Below are positions 1-11,451 of a stretch of 64,000 nt of DNA, piece after piece. The notes below the pieces were generated by a model, which saw only the letters and a program-made list of their open reading frames with translations, ran no database searches and was not told where the DNA came from. Both the position numbers and the translations under genes were made by a program. Location of the stretch: the NCBI GenBank assembly GCA_963796055.1, contig CAWCKH010000004.1:608001-672000 (forward strand), in the 5' to 3' direction. Source of the DNA: an uncultured delta proteobacterium. Its GTDB lineage: Bacteria; Myxococcota; Myxococcia; Myxococcales; Myxococcaceae. Numbering within the stretch: the stretch's first letter is position 1; the number at the start of each line of letters is the position of its first letter.

Positions 1-52
1 GACCAAGGAAGTCCTCGACTGGCTGGACCGCTACCTCGGGCCGGCCGGCTGA
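1..52 (+). CDS. 3' end of a gene entering the window (..TKEVLDWLDRYLGPAG*), typical alpha/beta-hydrolase/peptidase C-terminus
   Basis: Frame 2 is open from the window edge to TGA at 50-52. 'VLDWLDRYL' resembles the terminal helix of S9/dienelactone-hydrolase-like domains. Confidence 0.5.
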   Translation, partial: TKEVLDWLDRYLGPAG

Positions 53-192
53 GGCGCGCGGCCACGCCCCGTCCGGCACGCCGGAGACCGGCCCGGCGGA
101 CGGCGGGACTGTCCTGACCGACACGGTCGATTCCTGGGTCCCCGAGCGCGTCCCGCCCCTGCGGCAGTACCCTCCCCTCGCTGGGAGGGACG

Positions 193-1185
193 ATGAATCC
201 CCTCTGGAGAACCGGCAAGCCGGCTGCGTGGCTTGCTGCGATGTTCGTGGGCTCCTCCGGGGCCGGCTGCGGCTCGGACGCGCCGGAGGCCTCGTGCGAC
301 ACCTCCTGCGGCGCGTGGTCCATACATGCCCCGCTGTCGCTCGGACCGCGGCAGGAGATGGGTGTCGCCGCGGTGGATGGACGGGTGTACGTCGTCGGAG
401 GATTCGATGGCTCCGGTCAAGCCGTGGCCACGGTCGAAGCGTACGATCCCGGCACCGATCACTGGACTCAGCGGGCATCGCTGCCCTCCCCCCTTCACCA
501 CGTCAACGTGGCCGCCGTGGGGGGCAAGCTGTTCGTGGTCGGCGGGCTCACCGGGTCCTCGTTCACGGCGACCGGGACGACGCTGGTCTACGACCCTGCG
601 GCCGACAGCTGGACTCCGCTCAGCTCCATGCCGTCCGGAACCGAGCGGGGCGCCTCGGGGGTGGCGGTGCTGGACGGGCGGATCGTCGTGGCCGGTGGGC
701 TCAGGGGCGTGTCGGTGACGGACGCCTCGATCTTCGACCCACAGACGAACGCCTGGTCGCCGCTGCAGCCGCTCGCGGTCGCGCGCGATCACCTCGCCGC
801 CGCGACCGTCGACGGGCGGGTTTACGCGGTCTCGGGGCGGGACAACGGGATGCTCAGGGCCGCGCTCGAGGTCCTCGATGCCACGAACGGCACCTGGAGC
901 CGGCGCGCGGACATCCCCACCGCCCGGGGCGGATGCGCCGGAGCGGAGCTCTCCGGTCGTCTGGTCGTCCTGGGGGGAGAGGGGAACGATGCCGATCCCG
1001 CCGGGATCTTCCACCAGACCGAGAGCTACGATCCGGGCACCGACCGCTGGCGGACCGACACCCCGATGCGGACGGGCCGACACGGCATCGGCGCCGCGGT
1101 GGTCGGAACCCGCCTCTACGTCCCCGGTGGCGCGACGCGCGAAGGCTACGGTGCGGCGGCGGTGAACGAGTCCTTCGCCTACTGA
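193..1185 (+). CDS. Kelch-repeat beta-propeller protein, probable lipoprotein
   Basis: About six Kelch repeats (G-x-Y/F-V-x-GG ... YDP-x-x-x-x-W); N-terminal hydrophobic stretch ending GAGC; GGGAGG RBS upstream. Confidence 0.85.
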   Translation: MNPLWRTGKPAAWLAAMFVGSSGAGCGSDAPEASCDTSCGAWSIHAPLSLGPRQEMGVAAVDGRVYVVGGFDGSGQAVATVEAYDPGTDHWTQRASLPSPLHHVNVAAVGGKLFVVGGLTGSSFTATGTTLVYDPAADSWTPLSSMPSGTERGASGVAVLDGRIVVAGGLRGVSVTDASIFDPQTNAWSPLQPLAVARDHLAAATVDGRVYAVSGRDNGMLRAALEVLDATNGTWSRRADIPTARGGCAGAELSGRLVVLGGEGNDADPAGIFHQTESYDPGTDRWRTDTPMRTGRHGIGAAVVGTRLYVPGGATREGYGAAAVNESFAY

Positions 1186-1265
1186 TGGATTGCCACCTTC
1201 ACTCGAGCCTAGCCGGCCCCCGCTGACGGCTTGCCCTCCCGGGACGGACTAAGTTCCGGGGCTCC

Positions 1266-2909
1266 GTGCTCCGCATCATCCCCCTCGGCGGCCTCGGCGA
1301 GATTGGCCTGAACTCGATGGTCGTCGAGTGCCAGGACGAGCTGCTGCTCGTCGACGCGGGCCTGCTCTTCCCTCCGCCCGAGCTGCCCGGGGTGGAGCTC
1401 ATCATCCCCGACTTCAGCTACCTCCGGGACGCAGCGGCGCAGCTCGGGGCGGTGCTGCTCACCCACGCGCACGAGGACCACATCGGTGCGCTCCCCTTCC
1501 TGCTCCGCGAGCGCATGGTTCCGGTCTACGGGACACGGCTCACCCTGGCCCTGGTGGCCGAGCGGCTCGACCAGATGGACGTCCGGGCCGACCTCCGGGA
1601 GATCCTCCCCGGCGAGCCGTTCCACCCCACGCCCACCTTCGAGGCCGAGGCTTTCCGCGTCGCCCACTCCATCCCCGACGCGGTCGGCTTCCTGCTCCGC
1701 ACGCCCGAGGGCACGCTGGTCCACACCGGTGACTTCAAGCTCGACCAGACACCGCTCGATGCGCGGCCCACCGATCTCCCCCGGCTGGAGGCGCTGGGCG
1801 ACGGCGAGGTGCTGTGCCTGCTGAGCGACTCGACCAACGCCGAGGTGGAGGGCGAGACGCCGCCCGAGCGGGAGGTGGCCCAGACCCTGGACCGGCTCAT
1901 CCCCCAGGCCGGTGGCCGGGTGCTGGTGGGGCTCTTCGCCTCGCACCTGCACCGGGTGCAGCACGTCATCCACGTCTGCCATCGCACCGGACGCCGGCTG
2001 GTCCTCGCCGGGCGGAGCCTGGAACGCAACGTGGAGGCCGCTCGCCGCGCCGGACGGCTCGAGGTCCCCGAGGGTCTGCTCTGCGCGGTGGAGGAGGCCG
2101 AAGGGCTCCTCCCGCACCACGTCTGCATCCTGGCCACCGGCGCCCAGGGCGAGCCGCACGCGGCGCTCTCCCAGCTGTGTCAGCCGGAGGTCGAGGGGCT
2201 GCGCATCGAGCGCGGCGACACGGTGCTCCTCAGCTCGCGCCCCATCCCCGGCAACGAGCGGGCGGTGAGCACCCTCATCAACACCCTGCTCGCCGCCGGG
2301 GCGCGGGTGGTGCACGCCGGCATCGAGCCCGGCCTGCACGTCTCCGGACATGCGGCACGGGCCCAGCAGCGGCGCATGCTCGAGGCGGTCCGCCCCCGGC
2401 ACTTCGTCCCCATCCACGGCGAGCTGCGCCAGCTCACCGCCCACGTCGAACTCGCCCGGAGCGCCGGCCTGGCGGCCGAGCAGTGCTTCCTCGCCCGCGA
2501 CGGGGACGTGCTGGGCTTCGCCCGAGGGCAGGGCGCGTTCTGGGGCAAGGCGCACGTGGGGAGGGTGTTCGAGAGCCGGGCCGGCGGCGGGGACATCGCC
2601 CCGGAGGCGCTCTCGGCCCGGAACCGGCTGGCCCGGACCGGGGTGGTGGCGGTGGTGGTGACCATCTCCCGCGACACCGGGGCCTACGTGGGCCTGCCTC
2701 AGCTGGTGGGCCGCGGCCTGACCCGTGACGAGGAGCGGGTGCTCGAGTCGGCCGCGCTGGACCTCGTCCCGCTGCTCGAGGAGTTGAGCCCGGCGGTGCG
2801 CGGCGACGACGCCTTCCTCCGGGAGGCGCTGGTGCGGGTCACCCGCCAGGTGTTCCGGGACCGGGCGGCACGGCGGCCGTTGATCCTCCCGCTGCTCGTC
2901 CGGATCTGA
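1266..2909 (+). CDS. rnj: Ribonuclease J
   Basis: Motifs RIIPLGGLGEIG, LTHAHEDHIG, HSIPD, HTGDFK, DSTNA, HVSGHA, PIHGE. Confidence 0.95.
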   Translation: MLRIIPLGGLGEIGLNSMVVECQDELLLVDAGLLFPPPELPGVELIIPDFSYLRDAAAQLGAVLLTHAHEDHIGALPFLLRERMVPVYGTRLTLALVAERLDQMDVRADLREILPGEPFHPTPTFEAEAFRVAHSIPDAVGFLLRTPEGTLVHTGDFKLDQTPLDARPTDLPRLEALGDGEVLCLLSDSTNAEVEGETPPEREVAQTLDRLIPQAGGRVLVGLFASHLHRVQHVIHVCHRTGRRLVLAGRSLERNVEAARRAGRLEVPEGLLCAVEEAEGLLPHHVCILATGAQGEPHAALSQLCQPEVEGLRIERGDTVLLSSRPIPGNERAVSTLINTLLAAGARVVHAGIEPGLHVSGHAARAQQRRMLEAVRPRHFVPIHGELRQLTAHVELARSAGLAAEQCFLARDGDVLGFARGQGAFWGKAHVGRVFESRAGGGDIAPEALSARNRLARTGVVAVVVTISRDTGAYVGLPQLVGRGLTRDEERVLESAALDLVPLLEELSPAVRGDDAFLREALVRVTRQVFRDRAARRPLILPLLVRI

Positions 2910-3003
2910 CCTCCAGACCCCTTGCCGGGCAGGCGGGAGACCACCTCCCGGGCTCCCTCTGGTATGACCCCCGCGCCCTCGGCCCCGGGCCCGGGGCTCC
3001 TCG

Positions 3004-4085
3004 ATGCTGCCGTTTCTCCTCAGTACCTTCCTGCTCGCCAACCCGGACGAGCCGCCTCCGGCGCGTCCGGTGCCCGAGCTCGCCCGCAGCCCCAAGGTGG
3101 ACGGGGTGCTGGGCGATTTCCGGGGAGGTCTGCCCCTGACGGCGAAGCCGCTGGAAGGCGCCAGCGCCCAGCTCACCGCCCGGGTGGGAGCGTTCCGGGA
3201 CACGCTCTACGTCGCGCTGGAGGTGCAGGACGAGGCCATCACCGACCGCGACCGGGTGACGCTCGCCCTCCACTTCCCCGAGGCGGGGGTCACGGCCGGG
3301 GCCGCGGTGTTCCGGTTCGGCCCGGGCGGGAAGCTCGACCCGCGACCGGAGGACGGGGTGAGCCCCGGAAGCCTGGCCCTGGTCGACTCCGCCGTGCACC
3401 GCACCCGGAAGGGCGTCTCGCTGGAGGTGGCGGTGCCCGCCCGCGCCCTCCCCCGCTTCCCGGCCCGGGACGCGCTGGTCCTCGAGATGTGCCTCTCGTA
3501 CGAGGACGCGGACGACGCCGGACCGGCGGCGAAGGAGATCTCCACCTGTGTCACCGGCGCCCCACCGCCCGAGCTGCTGGCGTTGCCGGCCGCGTTCCGG
3601 CAGGGCCTCCGGCCGCGTCCACCCGCCGAGGTGCAGACCGTCGAGGGCAGGCCGGGGGGCTGGGTGGGCTTCAACGGGCAGGTGGATCCGAAATGGGTGC
3701 TCGGGGACCGGCCGCTGAACGAGCAGTCGCTCCGGGTGCTGGTCGCCGAGGCCCCCATCGACCCCGCCGCGGTGCGGGTCTACGTGCCGTCCCGGATGCA
3801 GCTGCCGGATGGCAAGGGGCTGCTCGCGGTCCTCACCGGGCAGGATCCGTTTGGCGCGGACGACAGCTGCGCCCCGGAGCGGGAGATGCGGCTGGCGGTG
3901 TTCTGGGTGAAGGGACGGGTGGGAGAACGGGTCCTGGACTGGCCGGCGATGAGCTGCGCCCTGGGAAAGGCCCTCTCGGTGTCACTCGATGAGGACGGCG
4001 AGCTGTCGGTCGGTTATTCCAGCGGCGCCACGGTCCGCTTCACCTGGGACCGGGACCACTTCGAACGCATCGAGTACGGACTGCT

Positions 4086-4089
<4 letters not shown>
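3004..4089 (+). CDS. Secreted hypothetical protein with CBM9/DOMON-like N-terminal domain
   Basis: Signal-like N-terminus; [26 protein letters not shown] pattern; GTGA overlap with rimO. Confidence 0.6.
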
Positions 4090-5450
<1,361 letters not shown>

Positions 5451-5465
5451 CGCGCGCGCCCGCGA

Positions 5466-5983
5466 CTAGATGTCGAAGGAGAAGGCGCCCAGGGCGAGCA
5501 GACCGGCGGCGTGCACCCCTGCGGGCTTGCCCACCCCCACCAGGAGCTGGACGGTCACCGGCCGGACGATGCGCCAGAACACGGTGGCTCCGCCGCGCAG
5601 GTCGGCGAAGAGCATCTGCGGACTCTTCCAGCCATCCTCGTCGTGCACCTCGGACTGGCCCCGCGCCTCGACCCCGGCCCGGACGTCGTCGGTGAAGCGC
5701 CAGCCGACGAGGAGCTTGATCTCGGCGTCCATCCCCGGGTCGTCGATCTCCCAGCCCCAGACCAGGTTCAGCACGGTGTCCAGCCGCCCCCAGCTCCGGC
5801 CGAGGGCCAGCAGAGTCCGCCGCCGCTGGCGAAGACACGCAAGGTCCCCGGATCCGGCACCGCCGAGGCCTCGACCAGAAGCCCGTCCACGTCCAGCATC
5901 TGCGCGGACGCCTCGGGGGCGAACGCCAGTGCGAGCAGCCCGATCCAGGCGCGGGCCGCAGGGAGCTCACGAGGGTCAGGCAT
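5466..5983 (-). pseudogene. Disrupted outer-membrane beta-barrel-like protein
   Basis: The signal-peptide ORF (5768-5983) changes frame near 5814 into a frame reading LLALGRSWGRLDTVLNLV..., which ends in an OMP-like C-terminus (LGAFSFDI). Confidence 0.55.
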
Positions 5984-6041
5984 CGATCTTCCCCTTCCTC
6001 GAGCCGACCTTAGTCAAGCCGGGGTGGAGCGTGGGGCGAAC

Positions 6042-6941
6042 TCAGCGGGGCTCGCGCTCGGGGGTCGTGGGCGCGGTGCCGGTCCCCGCATCCTCGACCT
6101 GCCGACAGTCCGGCGCCGGGGCGCCCTTCGGGCGGACCAAGGTCATTCGCGCGTTCGCCAGGTCGATGATCACCCGCCGGGCACCCCACGCCTCGGGGCC
6201 GAGCGCCCCGATGGCCGGAGCGCGCGTCCAGTCGGTCCGGGTGCGCACCGGCACGTCGCAGGCCTCCCAGCCCGGAGCGAGCTGCACCGCGCGGAGCACG
6301 CTCTCCGCCCCCAGCAGCCGCGCCTGGAACCGGGCCAGCTCGGTCGGGCGCCCGGTGGCGAGGACGAGGGTCTGCAGCACCGTCGCCGAGGTGCCGGCCA
6401 GCTGCGCGGTGGCGAGGAGCCGGTCGGTGTCGGGAGCGCGGGTGACGTCCACCTGGGTCTGCTCGACGGTGGCCGGAAGCTCCGGCGCCGCGCGCGCGAT
6501 GCGGACCGTGCCGGCGTCCAGGTCCACGTCGAGCACCGACCGCCCGAGCACGTCGAGGCCCAGCAAGAGGACACAGCTGGTCTCCGGCACCACGGCCGCC
6601 CGGAACGCTGGGAGGGGATGCGTGCCGATGGTCACCCCGGTCAGGGGGATCTCCGGCACCGTCTCCCATCCGCCCTGCAGGAGCGGCAGGCGGACCTGCA
6701 CCTGGGACGTGACGGCCGCCGCGGGACACTTCGCCGAGAGCAGGGACCGCGGCTCCTCGATCGCCAGCCGGACGTCGGTGTTCGTCCCTCCGACGGTGCC
6801 CTCCACGGGCAACCCCGGACCGGGCCGCAGCGAGAGCTTCACCGTCGGACCGGTGTTCGTGGCGCCGGCGCCATGGGCGCAGCCGGCGGCCAGCGCGAGG
6901 AGGACGGCGAGTCGACCCACGGGGGGGCGCAGCGCGACCAT
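6042..6941 (-). CDS. Lipoprotein with two retropepsin-like (aspartyl protease fold) domains lacking the catalytic DTG
   Basis: Start reassigned to ATG 6941; lipobox LAAGC; two copies of the 'LG-x-D/E-x-L...V-x-I/V-D-L...' tail motif. Confidence 0.6.
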   Translation of the reverse strand: MVALRPPVGRLAVLLALAAGCAHGAGATNTGPTVKLSLRPGPGLPVEGTVGGTNTDVRLAIEEPRSLLSAKCPAAAVTSQVQVRLPLLQGGWETVPEIPLTGVTIGTHPLPAFRAAVVPETSCVLLLGLDVLGRSVLDVDLDAGTVRIARAAPELPATVEQTQVDVTRAPDTDRLLATAQLAGTSATVLQTLVLATGRPTELARFQARLLGAESVLRAVQLAPGWEACDVPVRTRTDWTRAPAIGALGPEAWGARRVIIDLANARMTLVRPKGAPAPDCRQVEDAGTGTAPTTPEREPR

Positions 6942-6943
6942 GC

Positions 6944-7618
6944 TCAGCGCGCGGCGCTGGTGTCGATGATCTGCGTGCCCGGAGGCGGCGAGAGCTGGAA
7001 GGTGTCCTTCGGAAGTCCCACGTTGGTCTTGAGATTCGAGAAGGCGATGACGTTCCGGCTGCCGTCGGGATCGACCACGATGCTCCGGCGGACCTGCGCG
7101 GTCCTGGGGTCGATGTCCAGCTGCACCTCGCGGAATCGCGCGTCGGGCTTCTTCGGCACCAGGGTGAGCAGCGTCCCCAGGCATTCCTTGCACTCCGTCC
7201 GCGAGATGTCGAACTCGTCGGTCAGCTTCCCCTTTCCCCAGAGAAAGGTCACCGAGGCAGAGAGCTGGCTGGTGGGGAGCGCGGCCTTGGTCAGGGTCTG
7301 CGCCTCGGGGTCGAGCGCATAGATCCGCTCTCCGGAGAGCACGAAGCTTCGCTTCGAGGGGGTGAGGTACTCCCAGCGCATCTTGGCCGGCTTCTGGAAC
7401 GCCGCCGTCCCGGTCGAGACCACCGTTCGGTTGAACGTCTTGTAGAAGTACTCCTGCTTGAAGTCGGCGGTGAAGTCCTGGGTGCGCTCGTAGAAGCCCT
7501 GCATCCGTTCCACCAGCGTCTTGACCTCGGGCGTCATCGGACGCTCGGCGGCCCGGGTCGGGGACGCGGCGAGCACGAGGAGCAGCGGAAGCAGTGACAT
7601 GGAGTGCAGCCGTGTCAT
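6944..7618 (-). CDS. lolA: Outer-membrane lipoprotein carrier LolA
   Basis: Signal peptide; DFTADFKQ, FQKPAKMRWEY, C-terminal F-x-L-x-PPPGTQII. Start may be 7600. Confidence 0.88.
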   Translation of the reverse strand: MTRLHSMSLLPLLLVLAASPTRAAERPMTPEVKTLVERMQGFYERTQDFTADFKQEYFYKTFNRTVVSTGTAAFQKPAKMRWEYLTPSKRSFVLSGERIYALDPEAQTLTKAALPTSQLSASVTFLWGKGKLTDEFDISRTECKECLGTLLTLVPKKPDARFREVQLDIDPRTAQVRRSIVVDPDGSRNVIAFSNLKTNVGLPKDTFQLSPPPGTQIIDTSAAR

Positions 7619-7713
7619 GCACCGGCTCCGACGTCCAGATCCACCTGCCGATTCAGTTTCCGGCCGGGGCGGAGCCGTGGCACCCTCCGGCCCCCCATGT
7701 CCAAGGAGGAGTC

Positions 7714-8274
7714 ATGCGCCCGTCTGGTCGACTTGCCACCTTCGTTCTCGTCGTTGCGGTCCCCGCGCTCGCCCAGAGCACCGGCTCCGCCAAGCCCGCG
7801 CCCCCGAAGCCCAACCCGGCCCTGACCGAGGCCTTCAAGGACGCAAGCGGGACCTGGGCCTGCACCGGCTCGATGGACAATCCCCAGTCGCCAGGCACAC
7901 AGGTCAAGACCAAGTCGGAGATGAAGATTGTCCCGGAGGTGGACGGCTTCGCCTACTCCGGCCACTACCTCCTGGAGAAGAACGCCGCCATGCCAGCAGG
8001 GATGAAGGGCACTCTGAAGTGGGGCTGGGACGACGCGAAGGGCAAGCTGGTCGAGTTTGGCTTCGACAACGTGGGGAGCAGCTGGCAGGGCACCTCGGAG
8101 GGGCAGAAGGGCGACACCACGGTCTGGGCGGAGGAGGGAGCGATGATGGGCCAGCCGGCGAAGACCCGCACCACGGTGACCCGGAAGGGTCCTCGCGAGA
8201 TCACCATCGTCACCGAGCTCGAGAACAAGGGCGCCTGGCAGAAGATGGGCGAGGACCACTGCAAGAAGAAGTAG
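7714..8274 (+). CDS. Secreted DUF1579-like beta-barrel protein
   Basis: AAGGAGGA RBS before ATG 7714; signal peptide (PALA-Q); GTW..., GWDDAKGK..FDN.G pattern. Confidence 0.65.
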   Translation: MRPSGRLATFVLVVAVPALAQSTGSAKPAPPKPNPALTEAFKDASGTWACTGSMDNPQSPGTQVKTKSEMKIVPEVDGFAYSGHYLLEKNAAMPAGMKGTLKWGWDDAKGKLVEFGFDNVGSSWQGTSEGQKGDTTVWAEEGAMMGQPAKTRTTVTRKGPREITIVTELENKGAWQKMGEDHCKKK

Positions 8275-8295
8275 CGGCCGTGGCAGAGTGCACCC

Positions 8296-10218
8296 ATGTT
8301 GCCACCGGCCCCGCCTTTGCCGGATGCCTCCGCACAGGCTGCACTCCAGGCGATCTTCGAGGGGACCGCGAGCCAGACCGGCGAGGGCTTCTTCAAGGCC
8401 CTGGTGGAAAACCTGGCGCGGGCGCTGGGAACGCGCGGGGCGTGGGTCACCGAGTTCGACCCACGGACGCGTCGGCTCAAGGCCCTCGCCTTCTGGATGG
8501 GCGGCCAGTGGATCGAGGGCTTCGAGCAGCCGGTGGACGGCACGCCGTGCCAGGTGGTGATCGAGAACCGCCGGCTGGTGCACTTCCCCGACCGGATCCT
8601 CGAGCTCTACCCGGACGAGCCCAACGCCCGACAGATGGGGGCGGTCAGCTACATGGGGGTGCCGCTCCAGGACCTCGATGGTTCGGTGCTCGGCCACCTG
8701 GCGGTCATGGACGTCAAGCCCATGCCGGAGGAACCGGTCCGGCTGACGGTGTTCGAGATCTTCGCCGCCCGGGCCGCCGCCGAGCTCCGCCGGCTCCGGG
8801 CCGAGCGCTCGGTGCGCGCCCGGGAAGCACAGCTCGCCGGTCTGGTGGCGAGCGCGCTGGATGCCATCGTCCAGCTCGACGGCGAGCTCCGGGTGACCCG
8901 GATGAATCCCGCGGCCGAGCGGACGTTCGAGCGGCCCACCGAGCACGCCAGGGGGACGCCGCTCTCGGCGCTGGTCTCTCCCGAGGACGCCGTCCGGCTC
9001 GAGGGGCTTTCCCGAGCGCTCGGTGAGCGGCCTCCCTCGCAGCGCAGCGCCTGGGTGCCCGGCGGTTTCACCGGACTGACCGCCGGCGGCTCGACCTTCC
9101 GCGCCGAGGCGACGCTCTCGCTCTTCGAGCTGGAGGGCCAGCAGCACCTCACGCTCATTCTCCGGAACGTCGACGAGCGGCTGGAGGCCGAGCGGCGGAT
9201 CGTCTCCCTGACCGAGGAGGCCGAGTTCCTGAGGACCGAGCTGCGGGAGCTGGGGAAGTCGGGGGAGATCCTCGGCGAGAGCGAGCGGCTGCGGAGCGTC
9301 CTCGCCGAGGTCCAACAGGTGGCGCCCACCGACACCACCGTCCTCATCCTCGGCGAGACAGGCACCGGCAAGGAGCTCTTCGCCAGGGCGATCCACCAGG
9401 CCAGCCCCCGCCGCGAGAAGCCGCTGGTGAAGGTGAACTGCGCGGCGATTCCCGCCTCGCTCATGGAGAGCGAGTTCTTCGGCCACGAGCGGGGCGCGTT
9501 CACCGGCGCGACCATGCGGCGCGACGGGCGGTTCACGCTGGCCGACGGAGGCACCATCTTCCTCGACGAGGTGGGCGAGCTCCCGCTCGACCTCCAGGGA
9601 AAGCTGCTCCGCGTGCTCCAGGAGGGCGAGTTCGAGCCGGTGGGGAGCTCCCGGACGCGCACGGTGAACGTCCGGGTGGTCGCGGCGACGAACCGCGACC
9701 TCGAGCGGGCCGTGGCGGAGGGGAAGTTCCGCGAGGACCTGTTCTACCGGCTGAGCGTCTTCCCTCTCACCGTGCCCCCGCTCCGGGAGCGGGGCGACGA
9801 CGTCGTGCGCCTGGCCGAGGAGTTCGCCCGGCAGTTCGCGGCCCGCACCGGACGGCGGCTCGCGCCGCTGGACTCCGAGGGCCGGGCGCGGCTCCGCGAG
9901 TACCCCTGGCCGGGCAACGTCCGGGAGCTGCAGAACGTGATCGAGCGGGCGGTGATCACCGCCCGCGAGGGGCAGCTGAACCTCGATCGGGCCCTCCCGG
10001 CGAACGTCTCCGACGGAGGCGGAAGCCGGATGCCGGACTCGCCCGGGGTGCTCACCGCGCAGGAGCTGGCGCGGCTCGAGCGCGAGAACATCCGCCGGGC
10101 CCTGGAGTCCACGGGCTGGCAGATCGCCGGCGAGGCCGGAGCGGCGCGCTTGCTGGGCGTGGCGCCCTCGACCCTGGCCTCACGGGTGAAAGCGCTCCGG
10201 CTCCGCCGCCACCGCTGA
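8296..10218 (+). CDS. Sigma54-dependent transcriptional activator (GAF-PAS-AAA+-HTH, FhlA/HyfR-like)
   Basis: [42 protein letters not shown]-terminal HTH ([13 protein letters not shown]). Confidence 0.93.
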   Translation: MLPPAPPLPDASAQAALQAIFEGTASQTGEGFFKALVENLARALGTRGAWVTEFDPRTRRLKALAFWMGGQWIEGFEQPVDGTPCQVVIENRRLVHFPDRILELYPDEPNARQMGAVSYMGVPLQDLDGSVLGHLAVMDVKPMPEEPVRLTVFEIFAARAAAELRRLRAERSVRAREAQLAGLVASALDAIVQLDGELRVTRMNPAAERTFERPTEHARGTPLSALVSPEDAVRLEGLSRALGERPPSQRSAWVPGGFTGLTAGGSTFRAEATLSLFELEGQQHLTLILRNVDERLEAERRIVSLTEEAEFLRTELRELGKSGEILGESERLRSVLAEVQQVAPTDTTVLILGETGTGKELFARAIHQASPRREKPLVKVNCAAIPASLMESEFFGHERGAFTGATMRRDGRFTLADGGTIFLDEVGELPLDLQGKLLRVLQEGEFEPVGSSRTRTVNVRVVAATNRDLERAVAEGKFREDLFYRLSVFPLTVPPLRERGDDVVRLAEEFARQFAARTGRRLAPLDSEGRARLREYPWPGNVRELQNVIERAVITAREGQLNLDRALPANVSDGGGSRMPDSPGVLTAQELARLERENIRRALESTGWQIAGEAGAARLLGVAPSTLASRVKALRLRRHR

Positions 10219-10296
10219 GGGCCGGGCACGACAGCCCCGGGCCCGGTTTCGTTGCGCCCTCTCGTTGCGGCGGACGCCACTGGCCGACACGAAAAC

Positions 10297-10320
10297 TCGC
10301 GAAGTCGCGAAAGCTCGCGA
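10297..10320. promoter_or_regulatory. Three TCGCGA palindromes, candidate enhancer (UAS) for the adjacent sigma54 activator
   Basis: TCGCGA at 10297, 10305 and 10315, about 55-80 bp upstream of the -24/-12 element. Confidence 0.55.
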
Positions 10321-10374
10321 GCATCCTGATCGAGAGAAGCACCCTGAAAACAGCGGGTTCCGCGACGCAACCGG

Positions 10375-10391
10375 TTGGCACATCCACTGCT
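10375..10391 (+). promoter_or_regulatory. Sigma54 (-24/-12) promoter
   Basis: TTGGCACATCCACTGCT: GG(10377-78)-N10-GC(10389-90), upstream of the AAGGA RBS and ATG 10449. Confidence 0.75.
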
Positions 10392-10448
10392 CTCTGGCGG
10401 CACCCGCCCCGGCGATGGAGCCAGGCGTCAACCCAACCAAGGACCAGC

Positions 10449-11399
10449 ATGCAGACCAAAGACGTGAACACCACCATCGACCCTCACACCGACAGTCGCT
10501 ACGCCCGCTGCCTCGAGAACTCGCGGAAGATCCGCTGGGACATCGACAGGGACGTCATCCGTGGCCGCACGTTCGACTACTCGGGCCACTTCCTCCCCGA
10601 TGGGCTGTCGATGATCAGCCGCCTGAAGTTCCTGGGTGCCGCCGACGCCCGGCTGCTGAGCCAGATCCAGGGCCGGACCTACGCCAACATCTTCGGGCTG
10701 GTGGAGCGGTTCATCAACGCCAAGGTGCTCGAGCTGTCCCGCGAGCACTGGCTGGGCGATCAGGTGGCGCTCGAGGCCCTGGTGGGCTTCAGCCAGGAGG
10801 AGCTCAAGCACCAGGAGCTGTTCCGGCGGCTGGAGCGGATGATGGCGGAGACGATGCCCGCGGGATACCGGCTGATGGCCGATCCGGACGCCGTGGCCTC
10901 GGCGGTCCTCGGCAAGTCCACCTGGGCGGTGCTCGCACTGACCTGCCACATCGAGCTGTTCACCCAGGCGCACTACCTCGAGTCGATCCAGCCCGAGGCC
11001 TCGCTCTCCCCACTGTTCAAGGACGTCTTCCTCTTCCACTGGAAGGAGGAATCGCAGCACGCCATCCTCGACGAGGTGGAGTGGATGCGCTGCGACCAGC
11101 GCCTCACCCCGGACGCGCGCGACCGGGCGGTGGACGACCTCATTGCCCTGGTGGGCGCGGTGGACGGCATCCTCCAGGCGCAGTCCGCCGCCGACGTCGG
11201 CTACTTCCGGGCGAACGCCAGCGAGCGATTCACCGAATTGCAGGTGAAGGAGCTGGAGCTGGGAGTGCTCCGCGCCTACCGCTGGCAGTACATCGTCTCC
11301 GGCGTGCAGCACCCGCGGTTCATGAAGCTGCTCACCGGGATGATCACCCCCGCGCAGGCCGAGCGAGTGATGAAGGCGCTCGCTCCCATCGTCAGCTGA
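10449..11399 (+). CDS. Ferritin-like diiron protein (AurF/desaturase-like superfamily)
   Basis: Paired ExxH motifs EELKH and EESQH, upstream Glu in LVERF and HIELF; helical composition. Confidence 0.75.
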   Translation: MQTKDVNTTIDPHTDSRYARCLENSRKIRWDIDRDVIRGRTFDYSGHFLPDGLSMISRLKFLGAADARLLSQIQGRTYANIFGLVERFINAKVLELSREHWLGDQVALEALVGFSQEELKHQELFRRLERMMAETMPAGYRLMADPDAVASAVLGKSTWAVLALTCHIELFTQAHYLESIQPEASLSPLFKDVFLFHWKEESQHAILDEVEWMRCDQRLTPDARDRAVDDLIALVGAVDGILQAQSAADVGYFRANASERFTELQVKELELGVLRAYRWQYIVSGVQHPRFMKLLTGMITPAQAERVMKALAPIVS

Positions 11400-11451
11400 G
11401 CCGGCTGAGCTGGGCTCCGAGCCGTTGAGCCTGAAGCTGCCCCGCGGGCGT

